Source: OCS155 cluster bacterium AG-426-D23
GTDB lineage: Bacteria > Actinomycetota > Acidimicrobiia > Actinomarinales > Actinomarinaceae
Reading direction: 5' to 3'
DNA length: 64,000 nt
Assembly (NCBI GenBank): GCA_003213165.1
Contig: QCNO01000001.1
Span: 65,152 to 129,151, forward strand
The translations under genes were made by a program, and so were the position numbers. Below are positions 29,326 to 37,185 of this stretch, piece after piece. Under the pieces are notes generated by a model. It made no database searches and was not told the DNA's origin. It was given only the letters and a program-made list of their open reading frames with translations. Numbering within the stretch: position 1 is the stretch's first letter; every line of letters starts with the position of its first letter.

Positions 29326-30108
29326 ATGGATTGTTATATTTTGAATGTGGAAAACTTTATAGCCCCTTTTGTTGATGAGGTAAAAAATTATGCTCTTGAT
29401 GGATACTATAAAGACTTCAGCATCAGGACTAAGTCAGATGGATCTGTTGTTACAGATATTGATGTTTTGGTAGAAAAGAAAATAATTAAAATATTAAACA
29501 AAGAATTTCCAAATGATTCAATTCTAGGTGAAGAAACAGGATTTACAAAAGGTACCAATGATATCACTTGGATTATTGACCCTATAGATGGAACTCGAGC
29601 ATTTTCGCAACATAAACCCGAATGGGGAGTGTTGGTTTCTAGAATAGTAAAAAATGAAATTTCAACAGGTATAGTCATTTGCCCTGTTCAAGATATTTAC
29701 ACTGCAGTTCATAATAATAAATTAATTACTTCTTCCTTTGATTATGAGCAAATCGAAGTTTCTGATAAAGAAAATTATTTGATTTCTTGCGAGGATAATC
29801 TTGATTTGTTGGATGTTTTGAGTAATGAAAAGGTTCTATTTCGTAATAAGAATCAATTTTGTAAAGACATAATCTCTTTAGGATTTTCAGCATTTGATGG
29901 TGTTATAACTTCTGCCCCTTTTGCTCACGATAGGCTTGCATATGAGCCGATTGCAAAATATATTGGTGGTACTGTTAGCACTTTAGATGGCTCTCAGATT
30001 GGAATGTTTGATGAAAATGTAGTTACATTGATATGCAAATCTGAAAAAGTTAAGAAAAATATAGTCAATGTGCTAGTCAAATTTGATTCAAAAATTAAAA
30101 TTGCTTAA
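29326..30108 (+). CDS. Inositol monophosphatase-family protein (IMPase/HisN-like)
   Basis: ILGEE and WIIDPIDGT metal-binding motifs. Confidence 0.75.
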   Translation: MDCYILNVENFIAPFVDEVKNYALDGYYKDFSIRTKSDGSVVTDIDVLVEKKIIKILNKEFPNDSILGEETGFTKGTNDITWIIDPIDGTRAFSQHKPEWGVLVSRIVKNEISTGIVICPVQDIYTAVHNNKLITSSFDYEQIEVSDKENYLISCEDNLDLLDVLSNEKVLFRNKNQFCKDIISLGFSAFDGVITSAPFAHDRLAYEPIAKYIGGTVSTLDGSQIGMFDENVVTLICKSEKVKKNIVNVLVKFDSKIKIA

Positions 30109-30124
30109 TATATTTAAAAAAAAA

Positions 30125-31156
30125 TTAACTTACGTCCCAAGTTCCTAAAGAACGTATAAGCTTATCTAATTCACCTTCACCTTTTTGTTCTTTAGCGTTG
30201 TTGATTTGATCATGAACCTCTTCGGTAAAGGTATCTCTCTGGACTTTTCTAAATACACCAAGTGGTGTTGGACCATATGGACCATGAGAAAGTCTAGATA
30301 AAGAGAAAGCAATTGATGGGTTCTCTTCATGAATGTTATGAACATAGATTTCAGATTCATCGACATCTTTTGTGTCTACAATTTGTGCGATACCATTTCT
30401 GATAACTACAGCTTTGTGTCCATCTTCTCCAAAAACTGTTTTCTCACCATGCACTAAATTAATTCTATTTGCTACTTTTGTCTCTTTATTGGTCAACTGT
30501 TCGAAGGCTTTATCATTGAAGACATTACAGTTTTGATAAATCTCTACAAAAGCAGAACCTTTGTGATTTTTAGCTTCTTCTAAAATCCCTGCAGTAAGAT
30601 CTCTATCCATATCAATGGATCTTGCAACAAAGGATGCTTCAGCACCTAATGCAAGACTCATTGGATTGAGGGGCATCTCTACTGATCCAAAAGGTGAAGA
30701 CTTGGTCTTTTTACCTTCCTCACTAGTAGGAGAGTACTGACCTTTAGTGAGTCCATAAATCTGATTATTAAACATAAGAATTTTGATGTTTACGTTTTTA
30801 CGTAATGCGTGAATTAAGTGGTTACCTCCAATAGATAATGAGTCACCATCACCAGAAACAACCCAAACAGATAAATCTGGATTTGATACTGATACACCAG
30901 TAGCTACTGCTGGTGCTCTACCATGAATTGAGTGAACACCGTATGTGTTCATATAATATGGGAACCTTGCTGCACAACCAATTCCAGAGACAAAAACTAT
31001 TTTTTCTTTTGAGATGCCCATCTCAGCCATGAAATTCTGAACGGATGCAAGGATAGTGTAGTCACCACAACCAGGACACCACTTGACCTCTTGGTCACTT
31101 TGCATGTCTGATCTTTTATAGGTGACAGGTATTTTACTCATTGATTTTTTCCTCAA
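30125..31156 (-). CDS. korB: 2-oxoglutarate/2-oxoacid:ferredoxin oxidoreductase beta subunit
   Basis: N-terminal WCPGCGDY and the TPP-binding SGDGD...GGNH motif. About 340 aa, as in actinobacterial KorB. Confidence 0.92.
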   Translation of the reverse strand: MRKKSMSKIPVTYKRSDMQSDQEVKWCPGCGDYTILASVQNFMAEMGISKEKIVFVSGIGCAARFPYYMNTYGVHSIHGRAPAVATGVSVSNPDLSVWVVSGDGDSLSIGGNHLIHALRKNVNIKILMFNNQIYGLTKGQYSPTSEEGKKTKSSPFGSVEMPLNPMSLALGAEASFVARSIDMDRDLTAGILEEAKNHKGSAFVEIYQNCNVFNDKAFEQLTNKETKVANRINLVHGEKTVFGEDGHKAVVIRNGIAQIVDTKDVDESEIYVHNIHEENPSIAFSLSRLSHGPYGPTPLGVFRKVQRDTFTEEVHDQINNAKEQKGEGELDKLIRSLGTWDVS

Positions 31157-32984
31157 TTTTATCTGTTAGTTCCTGAGCTGTAAAAGGCTCACCTGAAACT
31201 TTATTAATTCCTCGTGCATCAACTAAAAAGGCCTCTCGTACTAATTTAAGTAGTTGTCCAGTATTCAATTCAGGAATGATGATTTTCTTAAATTTTGATA
31301 TGACTTCAAGTGTATTGTCTGGGAATGGATTGATGTGAACAAAATGTGCACTTGCGACTTTGACACCTTTTTCATTTAACCTATTAACTGCTTGTGTAAT
31401 TCCTCCATAAGTTGAACCCCAACCAAGCACTAATGTATCAGCAGATTCATCGCCATAAATTTCCAACTTATCAATATCATTTGCTATGTTGGAGACTTTC
31501 CATGCTCTCATATCTGTCATATATTGATGGTTTGCCGCGTCATAAGAAACATTTCCAGTACCTTCCTCTTTTTCAAGACCACCGACTCTGTATTCTAGAC
31601 CCGGTGTACCAGGTAATGCCCATGGTCTAGCAAACGTATCTACATTTCTTAAGAATGGCAAAAAGCCATCCTCTGTGTTGAGTTTTGTAATGATATTTGT
31701 ATCTAAATTGTTTAATTCCTCAATTTTTGGAAGGTTCCATGGTTCAGAACCAGTTGCTACATAGTTGTCAGATAATAAAATTACTGGGGTCATGTACTTT
31801 AATGCAATTCTTGAAGCTTCATAAGCAGCGTAAAAAGCATGAGATGGTGATTTCGCTGCTATAACAGGAAGGGGCGATTCTCCATGCCTTCCATATAAAG
31901 CAAACATAAGATCTGATTGTTCAGGTTTAGTAGGAAGCCCTGTGGAAGGACCACCTCTTTGTACATTTACAATGACCAGCGGCAGTTCTGCAGATAATGC
32001 CAAAGATATCGTTTCACTTTTAAGAGCTAATCCTGGACCACTCGTACCTGTAACAGCAAGCTTTCCTGTAAATGAAGCACCAACAGAAGCAGCAGCAGCT
32101 GCGATTTCATCTTCTGCTTGAAAAGTAATGACATTGAAGTTTTTATGTTTTGAGAGTTCATGCAAAATATCTGATGCTGGTGTAATAGGGTAGCTACCAT
32201 AAAATAAATCTAGATTCGCTTTCTTAGCAGCAGCAATTAGACCCCAACTTAATCCTATATTTCCATTGATGTTTGTGTACTCACCTGGTGGAAGTGAAGC
32301 TTTCTCAACAACATATGTATGGTGAAATGCCTCAACAGTTATACCGAAGTTGTAACCAGTTTTTAATGCTTTAATATTAGCTTTTGCAACCTCTGGAAGC
32401 TTACCAAACTTATCATTAATCCAATTTTCTGTGTCTTCAAGAGGCCTGTTAAATGTCCAAGATATTAAACCAAGAGCAATCATATTTTTTGATCTTAAAA
32501 CCGCTCTACCTGGTAAATCAAATTCCTCTAAAGCTTCCTTGGTTAGTTTTTCCATTGGGACCTGAAATACTCTATATCCGTCTAGTTCGCCAGATTGTCT
32601 CGGATCAACTTTATATCCAGCTTTTGTAATATTTTTTTCTTCAAAAGCATCTTCATTTAAAATTAGCATTCCATTTGGAGCCAGGTCATGTAAATGGGCT
32701 TTCAAAGCAGCAGGGTTCATTGCAACTAACACATCTGGATTATCACCAGGTGTAAGGATATCAAAATCAGCTATTTGAACTTGGAATGATGATACACCAG
32801 CGATTGTACCTTGAGGTGCTCTAATTTCAGCAGGAAATGCTGGAAGTGTTGCTAAATCATTTCCAAATATTGCAGACGTGTCAGTAAAACGTGTACCAAC
32901 AAGTTGCATACCATCACCTGAATCACCTGCAAACCTTATGGTTACTGCAGGAATAGACTCAACTGTTTTGTTTTCAATTTCCAT
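31134..32984 (-). CDS. korA: 2-oxoglutarate/2-oxoacid:ferredoxin oxidoreductase alpha subunit
   Basis: Fused gamma+alpha-type domains (FAGDSGDGMQ...; GSYPITPASD...), 616 aa. Overlaps korB. Confidence 0.92.
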   Translation of the reverse strand: MEIENKTVESIPAVTIRFAGDSGDGMQLVGTRFTDTSAIFGNDLATLPAFPAEIRAPQGTIAGVSSFQVQIADFDILTPGDNPDVLVAMNPAALKAHLHDLAPNGMLILNEDAFEEKNITKAGYKVDPRQSGELDGYRVFQVPMEKLTKEALEEFDLPGRAVLRSKNMIALGLISWTFNRPLEDTENWINDKFGKLPEVAKANIKALKTGYNFGITVEAFHHTYVVEKASLPPGEYTNINGNIGLSWGLIAAAKKANLDLFYGSYPITPASDILHELSKHKNFNVITFQAEDEIAAAAASVGASFTGKLAVTGTSGPGLALKSETISLALSAELPLVIVNVQRGGPSTGLPTKPEQSDLMFALYGRHGESPLPVIAAKSPSHAFYAAYEASRIALKYMTPVILLSDNYVATGSEPWNLPKIEELNNLDTNIITKLNTEDGFLPFLRNVDTFARPWALPGTPGLEYRVGGLEKEEGTGNVSYDAANHQYMTDMRAWKVSNIANDIDKLEIYGDESADTLVLGWGSTYGGITQAVNRLNEKGVKVASAHFVHINPFPDNTLEVISKFKKIIIPELNTGQLLKLVREAFLVDARGINKVSGEPFTAQELTDKIEEKINE

Positions 32985-33001
32985 AAATATTCCTTATGAA
33001 T

Positions 33002-33193
33002 TTATTGTAATCTTTGCGGGGATAATGCAATTTCATTTTGTTGCGTTCCAACACAATTATCAATGTTTTCACCAGAACAACATTCGGCCTGATTAAGTCC
33101 GAACATTGCACAGGAGTTATTAATGCATGCAGCATGACCATGAATATATGCCATTTCGTTTTTACACCAACTACAAAACAAAGAATTACTCAT
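33002..33193 (-). CDS. Cys/His-rich 63-aa mini-protein (putative metal-binding); unknown family
   Basis: MSNSLFCSWCKNEMAYIHGHAACINNSCAMFGLNQAECCSGENIDNC contains 7 Cys and 3 His. Its ATG overlaps the sodX stop (ATGAGTAA). Its stop lies 17 nt before korA, which has an AAGGAA RBS. It fills what would otherwise be a ~200-nt gap in a compact genome. Confidence 0.55.
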   Translation of the reverse strand: MSNSLFCSWCKNEMAYIHGHAACINNSCAMFGLNQAECCSGENIDNCVGTQQNEIALSPQRLQ

Positions 33194-33686
33194 ACGCTTT
33201 GATTCTCTGATAGGGCCAATATCTATATTTTAACTTTAGGCAATCTGTTGCATTTATAGTTCCAAGGGTTCTTGAATCACTTGTTGAAAGTCTTCTCTGA
33301 TCACCCAAAACAAAAACTTCATTTTCCCCAACATTACAATCAATAAAATCATCTGTTACAGTTTTCGCCCAAGGATCCTCAATAGTCTTACCATTAACAA
33401 GGAGTTCGTTATTTGATGCTGAAATTGTCTCACCTGGTAGCCCAACAACTCTTTTTACTACATCAATGCTTTTTTCTGAATTTTTAAAAATAACAATATC
33501 ACCTCTACTTAGTGGTTCATTTGTTTTTATAGCAAGCACATAATCTTCAGGCAATAATTCTGGACTCATACTCTCTTCTTTTATTTCGTATGTTGTAAAC
33601 GATTTATTCTCTCTTTTTAAAATGACATACAATATTACAAAAAAAATTGTTTTTAAATTTATTAATCTTCCGACTGTTTTTAACAT
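33186..33686 (-). CDS. sodX: S26-family signal-peptidase-like protease, NiSOD maturation protease SodX
   Basis: N-terminal TM helix, the S26 Ser motif region (ESMSPEL) and GD.V.F...K.VKRV.GLPGE. Divergent from sodN, as in Streptomyces. Confidence 0.85.
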   Translation of the reverse strand: MLKTVGRLINLKTIFFVILYVILKRENKSFTTYEIKEESMSPELLPEDYVLAIKTNEPLSRGDIVIFKNSEKSIDVVKRVVGLPGETISASNNELLVNGKTIEDPWAKTVTDDFIDCNVGENEVFVLGDQRRLSTSDSRTLGTINATDCLKLKYRYWPYQRIKAYE

Positions 33687-33726
33687 ATTTGCTACTTCAA
33701 ATTATAATATATAAAAAAGGAGTTTT

Positions 33727-34113
33727 ATGAATTTATTTAAACCTAAAAAATATGCACACGCTCATTGCGATCTTCCTTGTGGGGTTTATGATCCTGCTCA
33801 AGCAAGAATTAATGCAGAGTCAGTTGTCAATGCATCAAAAAAATATCAGGATTCCGATGATCCTGCCTTTAAACAAAGATGCATAACTATTAAAGAAGAT
33901 ATGGCTGAAGAAGTTAAGAAAGACCTCTGGGTTCTATGGACAGACTATTTCAAACCAGAACATCTTGAAAAATTTCCTAATGTACATGATCTTTTTTGGA
34001 ATGCAACTAAGAAAGCTGGAGAAGCCAAGAAGACAGAGGATCCTGCAGTGGGTGAGGAACTTCTGAGCTTAATAAATGAGATTGACGAAGTTTTTCAAGC
34101 TACAAAAAGCTAA
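33727..34113 (+). CDS. sodN: Nickel-containing superoxide dismutase (precursor)
   Basis: The Ni-hook HCDLPCGVYDPAQAR is preceded by a 12-aa leader, MNLFKPKKYAHA. AAGGAG RBS. Confidence 0.96.
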   Translation: MNLFKPKKYAHAHCDLPCGVYDPAQARINAESVVNASKKYQDSDDPAFKQRCITIKEDMAEEVKKDLWVLWTDYFKPEHLEKFPNVHDLFWNATKKAGEAKKTEDPAVGEELLSLINEIDEVFQATKS

Positions 34114-35726
34114 TCAATTTTCTTAAAAAGGTGTCCAATATTTTCTATTTGGGCACCTTTTTTTATTTTGTTAAGAGACCAATTATTATCTGTATCTTTT
34201 TGAATTGCCTGTAAAACTTTTTCAGATGAAGTAGGCATAAACGGAGTAAACATTGTTGCAGATGCATCAATACATGTAATTGCAGTATAGAGTATTGCAG
34301 TCGCTCTTTTTTTATCCTCTTTAATTACTTTCCATGGCTCAGTTTGATTCAGATATGCATTAATTTTATTTACATAAGCCATAATCGACTGAAGTGAAGC
34401 TTTTAGTTCAACTTTCTCAATTAGACTCCCTGTGTAATCAAAACAAGCCTCAGCCTCTTCCATTAATTTTTTATCAACTTCTTCAAGCTCAAATTCGAAA
34501 TCTAAAGTATCAAAATTTTTAATGTACTGTGAAAATACTCTTTGAACTAAATTACCCCATGCTGCAACTAGCTCTTCATTATTTCTTCTAATCATTTCAT
34601 CTTCCGATATTTCAGAGTCATTTTGTTCTGGAAGTATGCTTGCCAAAGAATATCTTAATGAATCAGGATTCCATTCTTCGAGATAGTCGTTTAATGTTTT
34701 ACCAACACCTCTACTTGCTGATGCCTTTTCGCCTTTAATTAATATATATTGATTAGCTGGAACATTTGTTGGTAGATTTAAATCACCATAAGCTAACAAC
34801 ATAGCAGGCCATATTATTGCATGAAAAGGAACATTGTCTTTACCAACAAAATAATATGATTCGGCCTTTTCATCTAACCAGAAGTCTTTCCAAGCATCCG
34901 GAGTACCGTTGTTGATTGCCCATTCTTTTGATGCAGACAAATATCCAATTACAGCTTCAAACCAGACATAGATTTTTTTTCCTTCTCCGAGTTCATTTTC
35001 TGGAATATCTATTCCCCAATCGAGATCTCTTGTAATCGCTCTATCTTGTAAACCTTCTTCTACAAAAGACTTTGAAAAATTAATTACATGTGGACGCCAA
35101 CCCTGTCTACTATTAAGCCAATTTCCTAGTTTGTCATTTAATTTACTTAGTTTAAGAAAGTAGTGTTCTGTCTCTTTGAACTCTGCATTATTTCCACTTA
35201 TTTTACTTTTTGGATTTATTAGCTCTTCAGGATCTAATGTTATTCCACAACTATCACATTGGTCACCTCGAGCCTCTTGATAATTACATTTTGGACACTC
35301 ACCCTCAACGTATCGATCTGGAAGAAACTTATTCTCTTTTGCGTCATACGCTTGAATACTTTTATTTTTTTCAATATATCCATTTTCTTTGATTTTCAAA
35401 AACATTTCCTGCGATACATCTTTATGATTATCAGTCATTGTTGTTGTGTAGTTATCCCATTGGATGTTTAATTTTTTCCAATAATCTAAGAATTCACTGT
35501 GATATTTATTGACTATTTCAATTGGCTCTACACCCTCATTGTCTGCTCTAACAGTAATTGGAGTTCCATGAACATCGCTTCCTGAAACCATTATTACATT
35601 GTTGCCAATCATTCTGTTGTATCTTGCAAAAATATCAGCAGGCAAATAAGCCCCTCCAATATGACCAAGATGGCGTGAGCCACTTGCATATGGCCAAGCT
35701 ACAGCAACAAGAATATTTTTTGACAT
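34110..35726 (-). CDS. metG: Methionine--tRNA ligase (no C-terminal EMAP-like domain)
   Basis: HIGH-type motif SRHLGHIGG, KMSKS-type KASASRG and the zinc knuckle CPKCNYQ...CDSCG. Confidence 0.96.
   Translation of the reverse strand: MSKNILVAVAWPYASGSRHLGHIGGAYLPADIFARYNRMIGNNVIMVSGSDVHGTPITVRADNEGVEPIEIVNKYHSEFLDYWKKLNIQWDNYTTTMTDNHKDVSQEMFLKIKENGYIEKNKSIQAYDAKENKFLPDRYVEGECPKCNYQEARGDQCDSCGITLDPEELINPKSKISGNNAEFKETEHYFLKLSKLNDKLGNWLNSRQGWRPHVINFSKSFVEEGLQDRAITRDLDWGIDIPENELGEGKKIYVWFEAVIGYLSASKEWAINNGTPDAWKDFWLDEKAESYYFVGKDNVPFHAIIWPAMLLAYGDLNLPTNVPANQYILIKGEKASASRGVGKTLNDYLEEWNPDSLRYSLASILPEQNDSEISEDEMIRRNNEELVAAWGNLVQRVFSQYIKNFDTLDFEFELEEVDKKLMEEAEACFDYTGSLIEKVELKASLQSIMAYVNKINAYLNQTEPWKVIKEDKKRATAILYTAITCIDASATMFTPFMPTSSEKVLQAIQKDTDNNWSLNKIKKGAQIENIGHLFKKID
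34125..34170 (+). terminator. Rho-independent terminator of sodN, lying inside the 3' coding end of the convergent metG
   Basis: AAAAAGGTGTCC-14 nt-GGGCACCTTTTT forms a 12-bp stem with one G.U pair. It is followed by TTTTTTTATTTTG and starts 12 nt after the sodN stop. Confidence 0.6.
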
Positions 35727-35772
35727 GCAATAAGAATAGTCTTAAAAAATTCAATAAATTTCGAAAAATTAA

Positions 35773-35797
35773 GTCAAATCTGAAACATATATGAAAC
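35773..35797 (+). promoter_or_regulatory. Direct-repeat operator candidate upstream of amt (GTCAA-n4-GAAACAT-n4-GAAACAT)
   Basis: GAAAC occurs at 35782 and 35793, 11 nt apart, about 80-95 nt upstream of the amt ATG. This is reminiscent of GlnR-type gTnAc/GaAAc boxes. Confidence 0.35.
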
Positions 35798-35876
35798 ATT
35801 TCGGCAATAATCATTTAACTTTTAAAAGCTTCATAATCCTTTAACTTAATTAAGTTGTTAAAAAAAGGAGATTTAA

Positions 35877-37076
35877 ATGGAAATAGCAAGTTATGTAGAC
35901 AGTTTGTGGATTGTTGTAGCTGGTATTTTAGTCATGTTCATGCAACCTGGCTTTATGTTAGTCGAGACTGGATTCACAAGGTCAAAAAACTCAGTCAATA
36001 TTGTAATGAAAAACTTTATGGACTTTTCTGTTGGTGCGGTGTCTTACTGGGCATTTGGTTTTGCACTAGCTTATGGTGGAACAACACTCGGAGGTTTTTT
36101 AGCCTACGGTAATTTCTTTCTAGAAGGAGACGCTATTACTTACTTTTTCCAAGTGGTTTTTGCAGCAACCGCGGCAACGATTGTATCTGGTGCAGTTGCT
36201 GAGAGAACAAAATTTAGCGCTTATTTACTATTTCAACCATTTATTTGCGGAGTGATTTACCCAATTGTTACTCATTGGGTATGGAGTGGACAAGGATGGT
36301 TAGGAGATTTAGGTTTTATTGACTTTGCTGGTTCAGGCGTTGTTCATATGGTCGGTGGTTTTGCTGCTCTCGCAGGAGTTCAAATTGTTGGTCCAAGAAT
36401 AGGTAAGTATGACGAAAATGGAAACCCACAAGTAATACCAGGTAGCTCTATGGTAGCTGGCGCACTGGGTGTTTTCATCTTATGGTTCGGCTGGTATGGT
36501 TTCAATGTTGGATCTGCACTTGCAGCTGTTGATGTAAACTTGGCAGCCATTGCAGTCACAACAACACTTTCTGCAGCTGCAGGATCAATTACTGCAATGT
36601 ACACCTCGATGATTTCCGGAAAACCTAATGTGGGTATGACTTTAAATGGTGCACTTGCTGGACTTGTAGGTATCACAGCAGGTTGTGCAAATGTAAATAA
36701 TTTAGGAGCAGTTTTAATTGGACTAGTATCAGGAGTTTTAGTTGTTTATTCAATCAACTTTTTCGAAAAACGAGGACTTGACGATGCAGTAGGAGCAATT
36801 TCAGTTCACGGTATATGTGGTATCTGGGGTGTTATCGCTGTTGCTATATTTGATACAGCTGATGGTCTATTTTATGGTGGAGGAACTTCTCTATTTGGAC
36901 CACAGCTAATTGGAATCCTAGCAATTGGTGCATGGGCTTATGCAACCTCATTTTTAGTATTCAAAGTCATTGATTCAACTGTTGGATTAAGAGTTACTGC
37001 TGAAGAAGAAATTGCAGGTTTAGATGCTTCAGAGCATGGAACATCTGCTTATGGAGATTTCATAACTAAAGACTAA
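35877..37076 (+). CDS. amt: Ammonium transporter
   Basis: Amt/MEP signatures (DFAGSGVVH, ...VHG.CG.WG) with 11 TM helices. AAGGAG RBS. Confidence 0.96.
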   Translation: MEIASYVDSLWIVVAGILVMFMQPGFMLVETGFTRSKNSVNIVMKNFMDFSVGAVSYWAFGFALAYGGTTLGGFLAYGNFFLEGDAITYFFQVVFAATAATIVSGAVAERTKFSAYLLFQPFICGVIYPIVTHWVWSGQGWLGDLGFIDFAGSGVVHMVGGFAALAGVQIVGPRIGKYDENGNPQVIPGSSMVAGALGVFILWFGWYGFNVGSALAAVDVNLAAIAVTTTLSAAAGSITAMYTSMISGKPNVGMTLNGALAGLVGITAGCANVNNLGAVLIGLVSGVLVVYSINFFEKRGLDDAVGAISVHGICGIWGVIAVAIFDTADGLFYGGGTSLFGPQLIGILAIGAWAYATSFLVFKVIDSTVGLRVTAEEEIAGLDASEHGTSAYGDFITKD

Positions 37077-37088
37077 TTTTAAAATATT

Positions 37089-37144
37089 GAAAATCAGCCA
37101 AATCACTTAAGGTTTCCCCCTTTTTGGTTACAAGGCTGATTTTC
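37089..37144 (+). other. Long-loop hairpin between amt and gltB (11-bp stem, 34-nt loop)
   Basis: GAAAATCAGCC ... GGCTGATTTTC is a perfect inverted repeat starting 13 nt after the amt stop. Only a weak T-tract follows. Confidence 0.45.
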
Positions 37145-37185
37145 ATGTTTAATTTACCTTAAAAATCAATTAAAATGTAATAATC

